Positions 51,940-64,000 of a DNA stretch of 64,000 nt are shown piece after piece; position 1 is the stretch's first letter; each line of letters starts with the position of its first letter. This DNA comes from Paraspadella gotoi (lineage: Eukaryota > Animalia > Chaetognatha), in NCBI GenBank assembly GCA_051294375.1, contig CM119264.1:22593826-22657825 (forward strand), read 5' to 3'. Under the pieces are notes generated by a model. It worked only from the letters and a program-made list of their open reading frames with translations. It searched no databases and was not told the origin of the DNA. The position numbers were made by a program, and so were the translations under genes.

Positions 51940-53086
51940 CCGATCGATGGCACAGAGAGGCGTCTTGCGTATGAGGAGTTAATAGACGATTGTAAAATCG
52001 GGAGATTGAAATGTGGTAACGAAAAACGCTCGGCGAAATTTAATTAATACATTTGGATGAAGATTGGAGATGGGGAAAAAATGGGGATCGTACTTGAGAC
52101 AGAGAAAGAAATGGTTTAACGTGAGGTGATCCGGATGTGATTCGTTGATAAGGTTTTTGGAGGTAAACATGAACAACGATTCTTAGGGTTTTTTTAGTGA
52201 ATTATCATGATGGTTAGTGTATATATAACTATTATTTGATATGAAAAGGGTTAATTGAAAGGCAATGGCGATGGTGGCTTGTACGTATTCAGCAACTTCC
52301 ACAAAAGGCAAGATTTAAGAGGGAATATTAAGAAGAAACCATTAAGAAAAAACATTACAAAAGTTACTGTACTTTACTGTACTGTACTTTTTTAAATAAA
52401 TATTTTTTTATAATTAAACGTCTTAACTCGTAATTTGTTAACAATTCTTGGACTTTTGAAAAATGGGGGCAAATGTTGCGAATTTTTTTTTTTAACTTAC
52501 CATTGGTTGATGGATGATACTTCGAAACATGACGGGATGTACAACAGTTTTAAATTCAAAAGTGACAGGGAATTATAAATTATGTTTTCATGAAAACATG
52601 CAATTTAATACTTTAAATTTTAACGGTAAAAAGTAACCTTCAGATGTTACGTAACAAAAGATTAAATAATAACAAGTAACAGATAAATGGTAAAAATCGC
52701 GAAAATAAATATGTGAAGTCTCTTTGTTTAATTGCATCGCTTTCAAATTATCTAAAATAGGTCAGAGGCGCAAGAATAATCTATTTTAGTAAATTATTTT
52801 TATTTTTTTAATATAACTTTCATCTTCTTTTTTTACGTGGTTATTTTTTTGGATATGCCAAGACAATATGTTTGATACCATGATTGATGAAAGTCCACAC
52901 AAAAGCCGGAACTTTTCTCCCTCGTTGCCTTTTGTTTTTTTTCTCTTTTTTGTTAAAAAAAAAAACACGAACTATTTCGAAGTTGAGGCATCTTTTGTTT
53001 TTGTTATTTTTTAATTTTCTTTTCAGAGAAGAAAATACTCCAAGTTTCACTTATTTTGCGTTGCGTCTCCGTTACCGATTTCAGTT

Positions 53087-55544
53087 CTAAAAGATGAAGG
53101 CGGGCACGGCGTCGACGCCGACTCCCTCTCTCCGCATCTGCTCTCCCTCGGAGAGCTCGACCTCTTCGCCGGGAAGAACGCCGCCCGCCGCTAACGCCGC
53201 CTCCAAGAGTTCGCGACGTCGCCGGTCGTACCTGAGACAAGGCGCAAAGTGGGCGTTTCTACCGTCTAGTAAAGAGAGACAGGCGTCTATGTCTTTCACT
53301 TTTAAAGTTCCGAATCTGTAATTCTTTAAAATAATTACAATTTAAATGGCCGTTAGTTCGTTTAATTTTTTTTCTCCTTTATTTTCTCTTTAATTCTTCC
53401 CGCCAACTAATTCCTTTTCTCCCGCTACTCCATCTCTTTTTCGAATTAAACATCTGAGGCCTGGTATTTCCGAGTCTGACTGCAACTTGTGCAGTCTCGA
53501 TCGACCGCGTTTCACTCTCGAGAAATACGGAGAAAAGTAATCTGCTTTTCGAACTAATCTCTTTTTAACTTTTTAAAAATCAAATTTTGAAACGAGAATT
53601 TAACATTTAACGTGACGAATCTTCAAAAGCTCAAAGTCTTCTCTCGCCATCCTTCCTTGTTCTTCGTCAATATTCAGAATTCCTTTTTATCATCCGGTTC
53701 CTCCATTTTTATTACAATTTTTCTAATCTACGTAGTTTAACAATTCTTGATTGCCTTCTATTAGTAGTATTTGTTATTTTTTCTTTATTCCCTCAACTCA
53801 TCTCTTTCCCTTCTCTGCCTTTTCTCTTTTCCATCTCTTTCCCATCCCCGCAATCATCTCTCACAACATCTCACTCCCCTTCACATTCATTCCTTCTCAC
53901 CATCTCTTGAACCGCCACGAGGAACCGATGATGATGACGACGGAGACGACGCAGGCGACGATGATGATGATGATTCGAGCCTCAGACGAGAGAAGGTTCC
54001 CGCCTTTCGGCTTCAACTTTTTGTGCTCTGAAGAATCGAGAAGAAAAAAAAAACAATCGGCGTAACTAATCAACTAATCAATCAATAAATCAATCAGTTA
54101 ATAAATCGCTTAGTGAATGGAATCAACCAATTAATCGATCATTGTCTTAATCAGTTAATCACCGATCAGAAAATAATCAATAAGTCATTCACTTATTCTG
54201 TAATAAATTAATCGATAACGCAATTTATTACAGGGAGGTCTAGCTCTTTTAGGACTTAATTTAAAAAATCATCTGGACGGGAAAACATAACAATAATGAT
54301 ATAAAAATTGGTATACATATAAAAAAAATGTTAGAAGAATACAATCTATTAAAATAATTCCCCTTCGGCAACCATGACATTCTCAAAATGCCCAGGGAAG
54401 GCGACGTATGCTATTGCTACCGCGCTCATTGGAAATGCTGCCAATCTTACCACTTTTACAGTTGTCAGAAAGTCGACAGTTCTGGAGGGGATGCGTGAGA
54501 CACGAAAGAAAAATGAACCTAGTTTCTAAATATAGTCTCGCTTTTTTTCTATCATAAATCGTTTTTGTGCTGGGAGCACTTGATGTTAGTCCCATTAGAG
54601 CTGAACCTCACTGTATTTTACCAAATTGGAATCATCCCATTGTTGCCCATCTTTTGCTTTTGAATTCAGCCTCTTCCTTATTCAAAGTTCTTTTATATAT
54701 TTTTTTCCTAATGGTTTCTTTTTTGTTCTCTTATTTATTTCGGTTCTTTCATTTTTATTCTTCTCATTCCTTGATTCTGTCTTTTCTCATTCCTCCTTTC
54801 TACTTTTCTTCCTCGAAGCAACGTAATTCCGAATTGCGGTCAATCTTATCGTCTTTCGATTTATTTTCCGAGAGTCTAAATCAGTTTGTATATAAAAGTC
54901 CTGAGGCTAATTGGTCTTTATTTTATTTATTTTATATTAGAGCAGACGACGGACGAGGAGTTCACCGTCCGCTCCGCACAAGGTTTCAGAATTTATTATT
55001 TGACTCTAATTTGACTCTAATTAATTAATTTATTTATTTATTAATTACCGCTAATGATCGTGGGCAGATCCCGAATTGTTTGCTCAAACTTTTTAAAAGT
55101 AAGTTGAAAATTCACAATCAGAGAAATGAATTTTTCATGAAACTTATTAAAATTTATTAAAAGTTTTCGTTATTTTGCATAATCGCAACGAGTGACATAT
55201 CATGCCCTTCAAAAAGCTTTTCGACAGAAACCATTGAACATCCTTGTGTCAATTTTGTCACGTTTTTTCGAACTAACAAAAACTTGATTGAATAGAATTC
55301 CGCATTTGTCCCTTACTCGGTTTGGGTTTGACGGGACACTCTTCCTCGTCTTCGTTATCGACGCAATCCTCGACGCCGTCGCAGACCTGCGCCTCTGGGA
55401 TGCAGGCCTCTGAGTTCTGGCACGGAAATTCGTCGTCGGCGCACGGCGGCATCATCACCTGCGGCGCCATTAATTTCGGCGTCTTCATTTTCGACGCCGC
55501 ATCGGCGCTCTGGTTGAAAGACCGGAAGTCGTTGGAGTTCGTTA

Positions 55545-55579
<35 letters not shown>

Positions 55580-56136
55580 GAGGAGGTGAGCGACGTTTCA
55601 ACGCCCACGCCTAATAGAGAAAAAGAAAATTCGCGATGTAACGTCTTTTTCTTTCTCACTCGTTGACTCCCGTAAAATTTAAATCTTTTAACTTCTGAGT
55701 TTTTTTAAACTTGTAAAAGGCTGCTGTTAACTGAAATTGTGGTCATAACAAAAAAGAAAGAAAACAATTCATAGGACAATCAGCAAAAAGTAGAAAATCT
55801 TGAGAGGGTTATCAATACTAGCTTTTCTTCTCGAAAAAAAAGGGCATAGCCAAACGTATGCATTGTTCCGTACTGTTCTTGTAGCGAGGTAGTCAAAATT
55901 TGGGGGATTATTTTTCTCCCTAACGCAAATAGAAAAAGAAAAGCCAATTAATTTATGTTTACAAGGAAAACAAATTGATTGATTTTTCCTTAGGGAATGA
56001 ATTTAGTAATTTTTAAAACTCTTTGCTCGATAAAAGTTATATTTGATAAACTATAAATGATATTTTGAGTTCACTCACCTGCAGTCATAAAGTAGCACAT
56101 ATTTAATATCGTCAGATAAGATATTCTTCTCCACAT
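53087..56136 (-). CDS. 207-aa type I membrane protein with a single LDL-receptor class A module
   Basis: Exons 56136-56079 ([19 protein letters not shown], signal-like), 55610-55317 (poly-Ser, then [36 protein letters not shown] = LDLa), 54027-53901 ([17 protein letters not shown] = TM) and 53231-53087 (cytoplasmic tail ending PAFIF*). Total 624 nt, with canonical GT-AG sites and all phases compatible. Confidence 0.88.
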
Positions 56137-56756
56137 TTTTTTTCTCGCCGAAATGGAATCTTTGGCCCGTGGTTATTTTATCGTCATTGCGATACTTTAC
56201 GGCATCTTAGATGGCGAATTTGATGGCGAATTGGATGGCAAATTTGATGGCGAATTTGATGATAAAATTGATCGAAAACTGGAGAATGTCTGAGTTTGCG
56301 AACTGAATAAAAATGTGTATTGGACGAGATCAAAGACGAGCTGGATGACAACCTTTAAAGAAAAAAAATTAATACTCGTCTTATTTTGGTTAAATATTTC
56401 TTCAGACATAAAGCAAAGAACACCGATTACGTCACTGAGAAAATTACAGTAAATATTCTATGTTTTTATGTATATTTAAAACAAGATCCGTAATTCAAAT
56501 GTGTTGCGCCGCTGTGACTGCCTTATCAGGTGTATTTTTCGTGACATGATGTGATGTGATATGACTACTTGAATACAATAACTTTCTTACCCCATGTATT
56601 TATGACACGCACTGCATCGGAATTTCGTCTTTTGTTTTTTATAGTTTTAGAATTTCCTAAAGTCAGCGCGAGTAATCACTTTAATTTTTAGGATTTTCCC
56701 TTCCTAACAAATATGCATTGAGCAACCAACTATATGCCAGTTATGAGCATATTTAA

Positions 56757-56846
56757 CGTAAGTGGGACAGACCGACGGACTGACCGACAGACCGACCAAA
56801 AAGTGACTTATTGAGTTGCTCCGCGAGAACTCGCGGCTCAACTAAC
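56757..56846 (+). mobile_element. Helentron/HINE-like end: (GACN)n microsatellite plus GC hairpin
   Basis: gacagaccgacggactgaccgacagaccgacc followed by agttg-ct-CCGCGAG-aa-CTCGCGG-ct-caact. Confidence 0.45.
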
Positions 56847-57211
56847 AACGATGCTATAAAATCACCGTCGACGATCGTGGTTAGAATTTTTTACGAGTAT
56901 CAAAAAAAAAACGAGTTTGTGAAAAAAAACGAGTTTGTGAAACGTGAATGAATGGGCTGCACGCGAGTCACGACCGACGAGCGACGAGGAGCAGTGAAAA
57001 AAAAATAAACAAGTCACAAAGTCTTCTTCCTTTTTTTTTCGCGAGTCGACGCGTTATATCGAGGCGAGATGTCGGCGTTGCCTTGACGACGCCGCTGACG
57101 ACGACGACGAAGACGACGACGAAGACGACGACGACGACGACGGCGCCACGGAAAAACGCCACGCATTATCATCGCCTTCGCTTCGCAATCTCGCGCGGTT
57201 CACAAGACGCA

Positions 57212-60200
57212 ATGAATGTTCACTGCGCGAGGCAGTGAGAGTGGCTGAAGTGAGTGGCCGAGATAAGTGAAGAGGTGAGTGACGAAGTGAGCGCGTTCGT
57301 GCCAGTAGTCGGCCACGAGAGGGGGGCGGATGGGGAAAGCGGGAAAGCGCGAAAGCTGAGACGAGGTTCGCAATAACCTGGATTATGGAAATTTTCAACT
57401 CGAGAGAAGAAAGTGAGACGTGAATGAGAATGAAATGGATGTTATTTCGCTCGAGTGACGAATTCGTGAAAGGAGAGACTTTACGTTTCACAATAATCAA
57501 AATAGTTTTATAAACGGGAAAGCCGCGTATGGCTTGCGTTCGTTAATGTTTACCTTTAACAGAATACAGATATCAAATCAGAATTCAAATCCTAATATAG
57601 CGTTTTTATTCGAATGCAACAAGGTTGATTCAGTTGTACTGAATAAAACATACAGACAAACAACTAATATATGTGTCGTGTTGTATAGATGCTCCCTGTA
57701 TTTCCTGAAGACAATATTAATATCCCTCTCCCCATAACCTTATTACATATGAAATAAATCATAGTTAACTCTAATACCTATTTAAATTTTTTATCTAATT
57801 TAAATTTAGTCAAATACAGTAAAAGTAATCTTGCAATTTTTCATTTACATCTAATCACCTCGTCGATTAAGACTCTGAATGACTCAAAAGGCCTTCGATC
57901 TTATCTTCGAGATTATCACTAATCAGGCCAAAAACCTGAAACTGTGAGAACGAAATAAAAGATAACATTTAATTCAAATAAACTGGCAATTAAAAAAAAA
58001 CAACTAAGTTTTTACAAAACTACGAATGTCTAGAAGTTATGGAAAACCATGACGGCTGCTTCTCATAACGTCAAGTAAATTTCATACCATTGATAAGTGA
58101 CTAATTGAAACCCGCCCCTGAAGTAGTGAAACTTATAGGGAAGTTCAAAATCTTTTTTTTTTTCTAAAAATTCTATGTTATTAACATTATTATTTGAAAA
58201 GAATTGGAAAAGAATGATTTTTTTTTAAACGGGCCCCTCTCTCTTAGCGAAAATGAAAATTTGTAAATGAACAAAAAGTGAGCAACTAAATTTTTCAATA
58301 TAAAGTGACAGCTTTTTTTTCTTGTTTTTTTTTTTTAGCGATGATTTTTCAAACATTGAGAAATTTTGTTTTCATCTCCATAGAAACGTGAAATGCGTCG
58401 TCGTCGGTGACGGTTGCGTCGGAAAAACTTGTCTCATTTGGGTCTACGCCAAAGATTCTTTTCCCGATCAGTACATCCCTACAGGTGGCGTGGAAGTATG
58501 AAAAATTGCAAATTTTAAATTTTAAATGGAAACAGCTTTAAAGAATTCTACTGTCAGTATTAATTATTGTATTAAAATATTTTTTGGCAAAAATCCCATA
58601 GTAAAGATAGAATAAATTAAAAAAGATCGCAGTGAATTAAATTTATGGCCGCATTCAGCAGTATTATAATATAAGATTTATTACCATTAAAAATTGAGCT
58701 ATTCGCAATACGTATCTCTGATTTTAGTGTTCGATTCGTACACGGCCAACGTTAAAATTGATGGAGAATTTTACAGCCTCAGCTTATGGGACACGGCAGG
58801 TAAGTTTTCGTTTAACAAAAACTTTGAGCAACTTAAATGTAATCGGGCATTGCAATAAGTTCACCCATCGCTTGACCAGCTCTTGACCACTAGGTACCGG
58901 GACCAATCCCTATTGTTACCTACCCGCTGGGAAGCGTGTGGACGGCCGTAACCGCCTTGGCCCAAGGCTTGGGTCGTGGAAAACACTCAAGCATGGTTCA
59001 AAGCCCATGACCAGTTCTATGCCTGCTAGAAGGGTTAAAGAAGTTGAAATTAGTCATCTATACTATAGCCCAATTAGTGCACATAATTGGGCATTAATTG
59101 TTACCTATAATTTTATTGTCGACTTATTAGAAAGAACTGAATGTATAATTGCACTGCTAAAGTAGTTGTAGGTTAATTTCTCGCGGTTAAATTTTACTAA
59201 ATTAACTTTTATGTTCTTTTGTGGAGAGTTAATTACTTGATCACGGGCAATAAAATCTTGGCCTCAGATGGCGTCGGAGAAAAGGGGGGGAGGAAACTCG
59301 AACGGCAATTTCATCGAACACGAAAAAATCATGAGCAGAAACGCTGAAAACAATAAAAGGAAAAAAAAGAACAAGATATAAAAGGAAAAAGAGAGGAAAA
59401 GAAAAGGAAAAAAAGAAAAGAGAAAAAAGGTGAAGGCAAAAAGTAATGGAAAAAAGGCAATAAAAGAAGAAACGACTGCATTAAAGCGAAAATATGTCAA
59501 TAGATGACAATTCTTATTAAAGAAAACAATTGACAAACTTTCTCTAAATCGTTTCCAAAAACCATCTAAGGTAAAATTATCTTTTGAGAATAGGGCAAGA
59601 TGCCTACGACAGACTACGCCCGCTCTCTTATCCCCACAACCGACGTTTTTCTCCTATGCTTTTCAACCGCCGAGCCCACCTCCTTCTACAATATCAGGTG
59701 ACTGAAAGTGTTACGATTAATTACCATTTCTTTCTCTTTACGTCTGTACATTGATATTTTGAGGAATTCTCTTCTCCATGATAACAGAATTAAAGACAGT
59801 GCCGTTCAATCGTTTGACCTTTTGTTTTGAGTCTTGATCTCTCCGCCTCAGATCGAAGTGGTATCCCGAGATCCACCATCACGCCCCGGCGTCCCCATCA
59901 TCCTCGTCGGGACGAAGACTGACCTTCGCGAGACGATGTTGGCCAGAAGGAAGAGCCGACGCACCCCCGGGTGCCAGTCGTCCAGTGAGAAGTGACGAGA
60001 ACTTTAAAATTTCACGGTCGCGGAATCGTCTTGTTCCGTTTTGGTCTCTAAATTGATTCTACTTTATGCGAAGATATAAATTGTGAATTGTGAATGACAC
60101 AAAAAAATTAAAATCGAAATAAACAACCCAAAGCTCGAAATCTAATTCATTCCGAGGGTTCTTTTTCCAAAAATCAAAATAGCGCCCAAGGTCCCAATGG

Positions 60201-60621
60201 ACCCCTGAAATTGAAGTTAAAATAGAAGATTGAGATCAAAACACAATAAAACTTTTGCTTTGTGGATGTCGATCGTCGGTGAAAGGATTGCAATTGTTGT
60301 TTGTTCTTTTTTTTTCTTTTTTATCTTTCCTATCAAAATCTTTTATCTTTATTCTCTAATTTTTCTCCCCTTCCACGCCCACCACCTCTATTTCCCAACC
60401 TTCCCTTCTCTCCTTACACAGACGATCCTCCCGGCGTTCGACCGTCTCCACCGAGGACGGCGTCCGCCTCGCCAAGGAGATTCGGGCCGCGACCTACCTC
60501 GAGTGCAGCGCCCTCACACGCTGAAGGGCGTCGTCGGATCTTCCACGAGGCCGTTTATGTCGGGACGAAGGGGGAGACGCCCGAGGAGCCCAAACGGCAG
60601 AGGACGTGTCGGATCGTTTGA
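57212..60621 (+). CDS. Rho-family small GTPase, Rac/Mtl(MIG-2)-like, divergent
   Basis: Exons 57212-57234 (MNVHCARQ, tentative), 58384-58484 ([33 protein letters not shown]), 58728-58799 ([25 protein letters not shown]), 59594-59697 ([22 protein letters not shown]), 59852-59984 ([25 protein letters not shown]) and 60422-60621 ([26 protein letters not shown]). About four 1-nt indels must be assumed in the last three exons. Confidence 0.9.
58838..59083 (+). mobile_element. Diverged second copy of the 34686 element, in Rho GTPase intron 3
   Basis: taaa|TGTAATCGGGCATTG...GCACA|taat; colinear with 34686-34970 apart from an internal deletion. Confidence 0.72.
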
Positions 60622-62680
60622 GGGAGGATGTCGCAGACGACGGGATACTTGGGGGGGGGTGTCATGTGACGGAAATATTGGATTGCGATTACCTATTATT
60701 GGAGAAGATTTTACTATCAAAAATTGCGAGAATTTTAAAGCGGTCGAACGATTAGATTCATTTAATTACGTAGAGTTTTCCGCGCCAGAATTTCCTTGAT
60801 GGATTTTCCCTCGTTTTTCTACATCTTACAGATACTACTAATTTTTGTTTTATCAACAAATTTCAGTGGTCTTGAAATAAAAAAAACCTTAAATAATAGC
60901 TAGTACGGTTATCTTATTTTATTCTTATTTTTATTTAGTTCCCTTTCCCCTTCTGAAGGAATTGCTGCGCAGAGGACTGTTCTTTTGTCGTATTTTCTAT
61001 AAACAGTTAATCTGTAGTTTCACAAAAATTACGGAAGAGAGGGCTTCAGAAGGAAACACAAATAACAAAAAGTTGCCTATCAAATTGAACCTTTATAATT
61101 ATATGGTCAAATTGTTGTTTTTGGATCTTACTACTATTAAAAGTGATATATATGCGTTTGTTCGATTTTAATTTATCACAACAATAAATTCTGGAGAGCT
61201 ATTTATCAATAATAATATACTAAGAGTTTTGATAAAGAAACAATGATTCGGGATTGACTTGACATAAAAAAATTCTCCATAATGAGACTGGTTATAATGA
61301 TATAATCTATAACAAATATTACGATTTGTTTTTTGATATTATATTCATGATTAGCTCGACTGAGAAATAAAAACGTCGGGATTCGATCGCGCTGAATCAC
61401 CAATAGACTTGATGTCACTAAATTTATTAAACTTGTGTAAAATCGGAGTGTGAATTGTTCGCGGCATCGTCTTCCCCAAAAGTATAAATTATAAAATGAA
61501 TTGAAAAGATACTCACATGGACAACACATATATCTACACTCTACATTCTACAGTCTTGTGCAAAAAAAAAACAGTGCCACTTTATAACTTTAAATTCCAG
61601 ACCCTCTTTGAAAACATTTTTAAAAATGATATAAAAAAATATTTTTTTAAAAAAAAGGAATCAATGGTGTCTAAATTTTTTTAGAATTGGTCAGGTGGTT
61701 TAGGAGATATGATTTTTTAAACTTGAGTGTTCAAAAAACCAAACGGTAAAATCGATTTTTATCTATATGGTATTTTTTTTTAACTAAAAAAATTATAAAA
61801 TAAAAAAGGCTGTCATTGTAGTTGGGAAAAAGCTTTAGATATTCAGATTGCTCAGACACATACTCCAATATCTATATCTATATATTTTTTTTTCATCAAA
61901 TTGGTACATCCAATATCTTATAATAAAAAGGTTTTATTCAAATGCAAAAAATTTGTTTTTTTGAAATTCGATCATGCCATTGATAAACACATAATTAAGA
62001 AAGTAAGCTAGCTGGACTACTGGGAGTTGGAAAATAAATAATGTTAATGATTTTTTTTACAAAATATGAAGTCACTATGTTAGATAATTTAGCCACAATA
62101 TTTGATCATTTCATTTCATTCCCATTTGAAATCTGTGTATAAGCTTCAGAATCATGGACTTATCTTACATCATACGTTTTAATAACTTTAAATTATTATT
62201 AGGGATCTGGGGTAATCAAGTTATCCAGCTATCCCTCCGGATGCTCAGTATAATTTTTTTTAAATTTTTAATCTACTTCACGTATTGCAAAATATCATAA
62301 GAAAAAAGATTAGTCTTAAATCTATCAGATTTTTTTACATGCAGCTTTGTGGTAGAGTACATCATTTTAAAAAATCATTGCTCTTAAACGGATGGCCCAA
62401 TTTTATTAAAATTTATGCCAAACTTATCATTTTTTTTGCACAAGACTGTAAAGTGTTGAATTTCATTTGGCTTGACTTTTATGCAGAGAAAGAAAAAAAG
62501 AAAGACGGAAGCTTCCATCAGGAGAAGCAACGACAGAGACGAAGACAGCGCTAGCGGCTGGAGGCACAACAAACTTGGATGTCTCAAATACAAAAACATT
62601 TCGGGAAACGGGGAAAAAAAATTTGTGTGAAAAAAACGCGATAAGAAGAAATGTTTGGAATTCTTTCTAGATTATATTCT

Positions 62681-62765
<85 letters not shown>

Positions 62766-63038
62766 CTCTCTCTCTCACTCTCTGAGTCCCGACTAAAGAA
62801 GAAGAACACAATAGAAAAAAAACGGAGAAAAAAAAAATATTTTTTACCAAAAAAAAACAATTTAGGTGAAGAAACAAGGATTAAGATCTCGCGACCATCA
62901 ACAAGGGGAAGGGGGAGATGGGACGAAGAGACAGGGTGGCTGGGGTGGGATGGGGTGGTTGTTGAGGGCGGGTAAGGGTGAAGAAAAAAAAGGGGTTTTA
63001 ATGAGGAGACGAANNNNNNNNNNNNNNNNNNNNNNNNN

Positions 63039-64000
63039 AAAAAAAAAAAGAACAAGATATAAAAGGAAAAAGAGAGGAAAAGAAAGGAGAGAAAAAAAGA
63101 AAAGAGAAAAAAAAGGTGAAGGCAAAAAGTAATGGAAAAAAAGCAATAAAAGAAGAAACGACTGCATTAAAGCGAATATCGTCAATAGATGACACAAATT
63201 CTTCATTAAAGAAAACACTTGACAAACTTTCTTAATCGTTTCCAAAAACCATCTATAGGTAAAAGTTTCTTTTGAGAATAGGCAAGATGCCTACGACAGA
63301 CTACGTCCCGCTCTCTTATCCTCCAAACCGACGTTTTTCTCCTATGCTTCTTCAACCGCCGAGCCCACCTCCTCTACAATAATCAGGATGATGAAGTGTT
63401 ACGATTAATTACCATTTCTTTCTCTTTACGTCTGTACATTGATATTTTGAGTGAATTCTCTCTCTCCATGATAACGAACTAAGCCAGTGCCGTTCATCGT
63501 TGACCTTTTGTTTTGAGTCTTGATCTCTCCGGCCTCAGATCGAAGTGGTATCCCGAGATCCACCATCACGCCCCCGGCGTCCCCATCATCCTCGTCGGAC
63601 GAAGACTGACCTTCGCGAGACGATAGTTGGCCAAAGGAAGCCACGCCGCCTCGGAGAACGTCCGGCTGCCAAGTGAGAAGTGACGAGAACTTTAAATTTC
63701 ACGGTCGCGGAATCGTCTGATTCCCGTTCTTTGGTCTCTAATTGATTCTACTTTATGCCGAAGATATAAATTGTGAATGTGAATGACACCAAAAAAATTA
63801 ATCGAAATAAACAACCCAAAGCTCGCAAATCTAATTCATCCGAGGAGTTCTTTTCTCTCAAAAATCAAAATAGCGCCCGCAACCGGTCCCCAATCCGGGA
63901 CCCCTGAAATTGCAAGTTAAAAAATAGAAAGATGCAGATAAAACACAAATAAAACTCTTTGCTTGTGGATGTCGATCGTCGGTGAAAGGATTGCAATTTT
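63039..64000 (+). repeat. Noisy duplicate of about 59360-60297, including Rho GTPase exons 4-5
   Basis: Colinear copy of exons and introns with scattered 1-nt indels, starting right after a 25-N gap; probably an assembly artefact. Confidence 0.85.

Noticed and set aside
62488-62630. Exon-like basic peptide after a tgcag acceptor (RKKKRKTEASIRRS...)
   Set aside because: There is no homology or partner exon, and the Rho gene already ends with a CAAX box.
63280-63680. Second Rho GTPase paralog or pseudogene
   Set aside because: Introns match as well as exons, differences are mostly single-base indels, and the copy starts at a 25-N gap, so an artefact is more likely.

Overview
Animal (invertebrate-type) genomic DNA, AT-rich and full of (AG)n microsatellites and minisatellites, from a draft assembly with N gaps and patches of uncorrected indel errors. 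Four spliced genes can be reconstructed by hand. (1) A LIM-only gene of the LMO1/3/Beadex type (+, about 3.4-9.4 kb), with apparent frameshifts in noisy exons. (2) A divergent, intron-rich Wnt10 (+, at least 19.1-50.65 kb, probably starting near 14.8 kb) with an 18.9-kb intron. (3) A 207-aa single-pass membrane protein with one LDL-receptor class A module (-, 56136-53087). (4) A divergent Rac/Mtl-like Rho-family GTPase (+, 57212-60621), head-to-head with gene 3. The most notable non-coding items are a TG...CA, 4-bp-TSD solo-LTR-like element carrying an internal tRNA-like Pol III promoter (3 related copies), two minimal Penelope-type hammerhead ribozyme motifs in a Wnt10 intron, several TIR/foldback elements, and tandem repeats built from transcription-factor motifs (CRE, NBRE, E-box). 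Duplications beside the 25-N gaps look like assembly artefacts. All calls are from reading the sequence by eye; no database searches were run.
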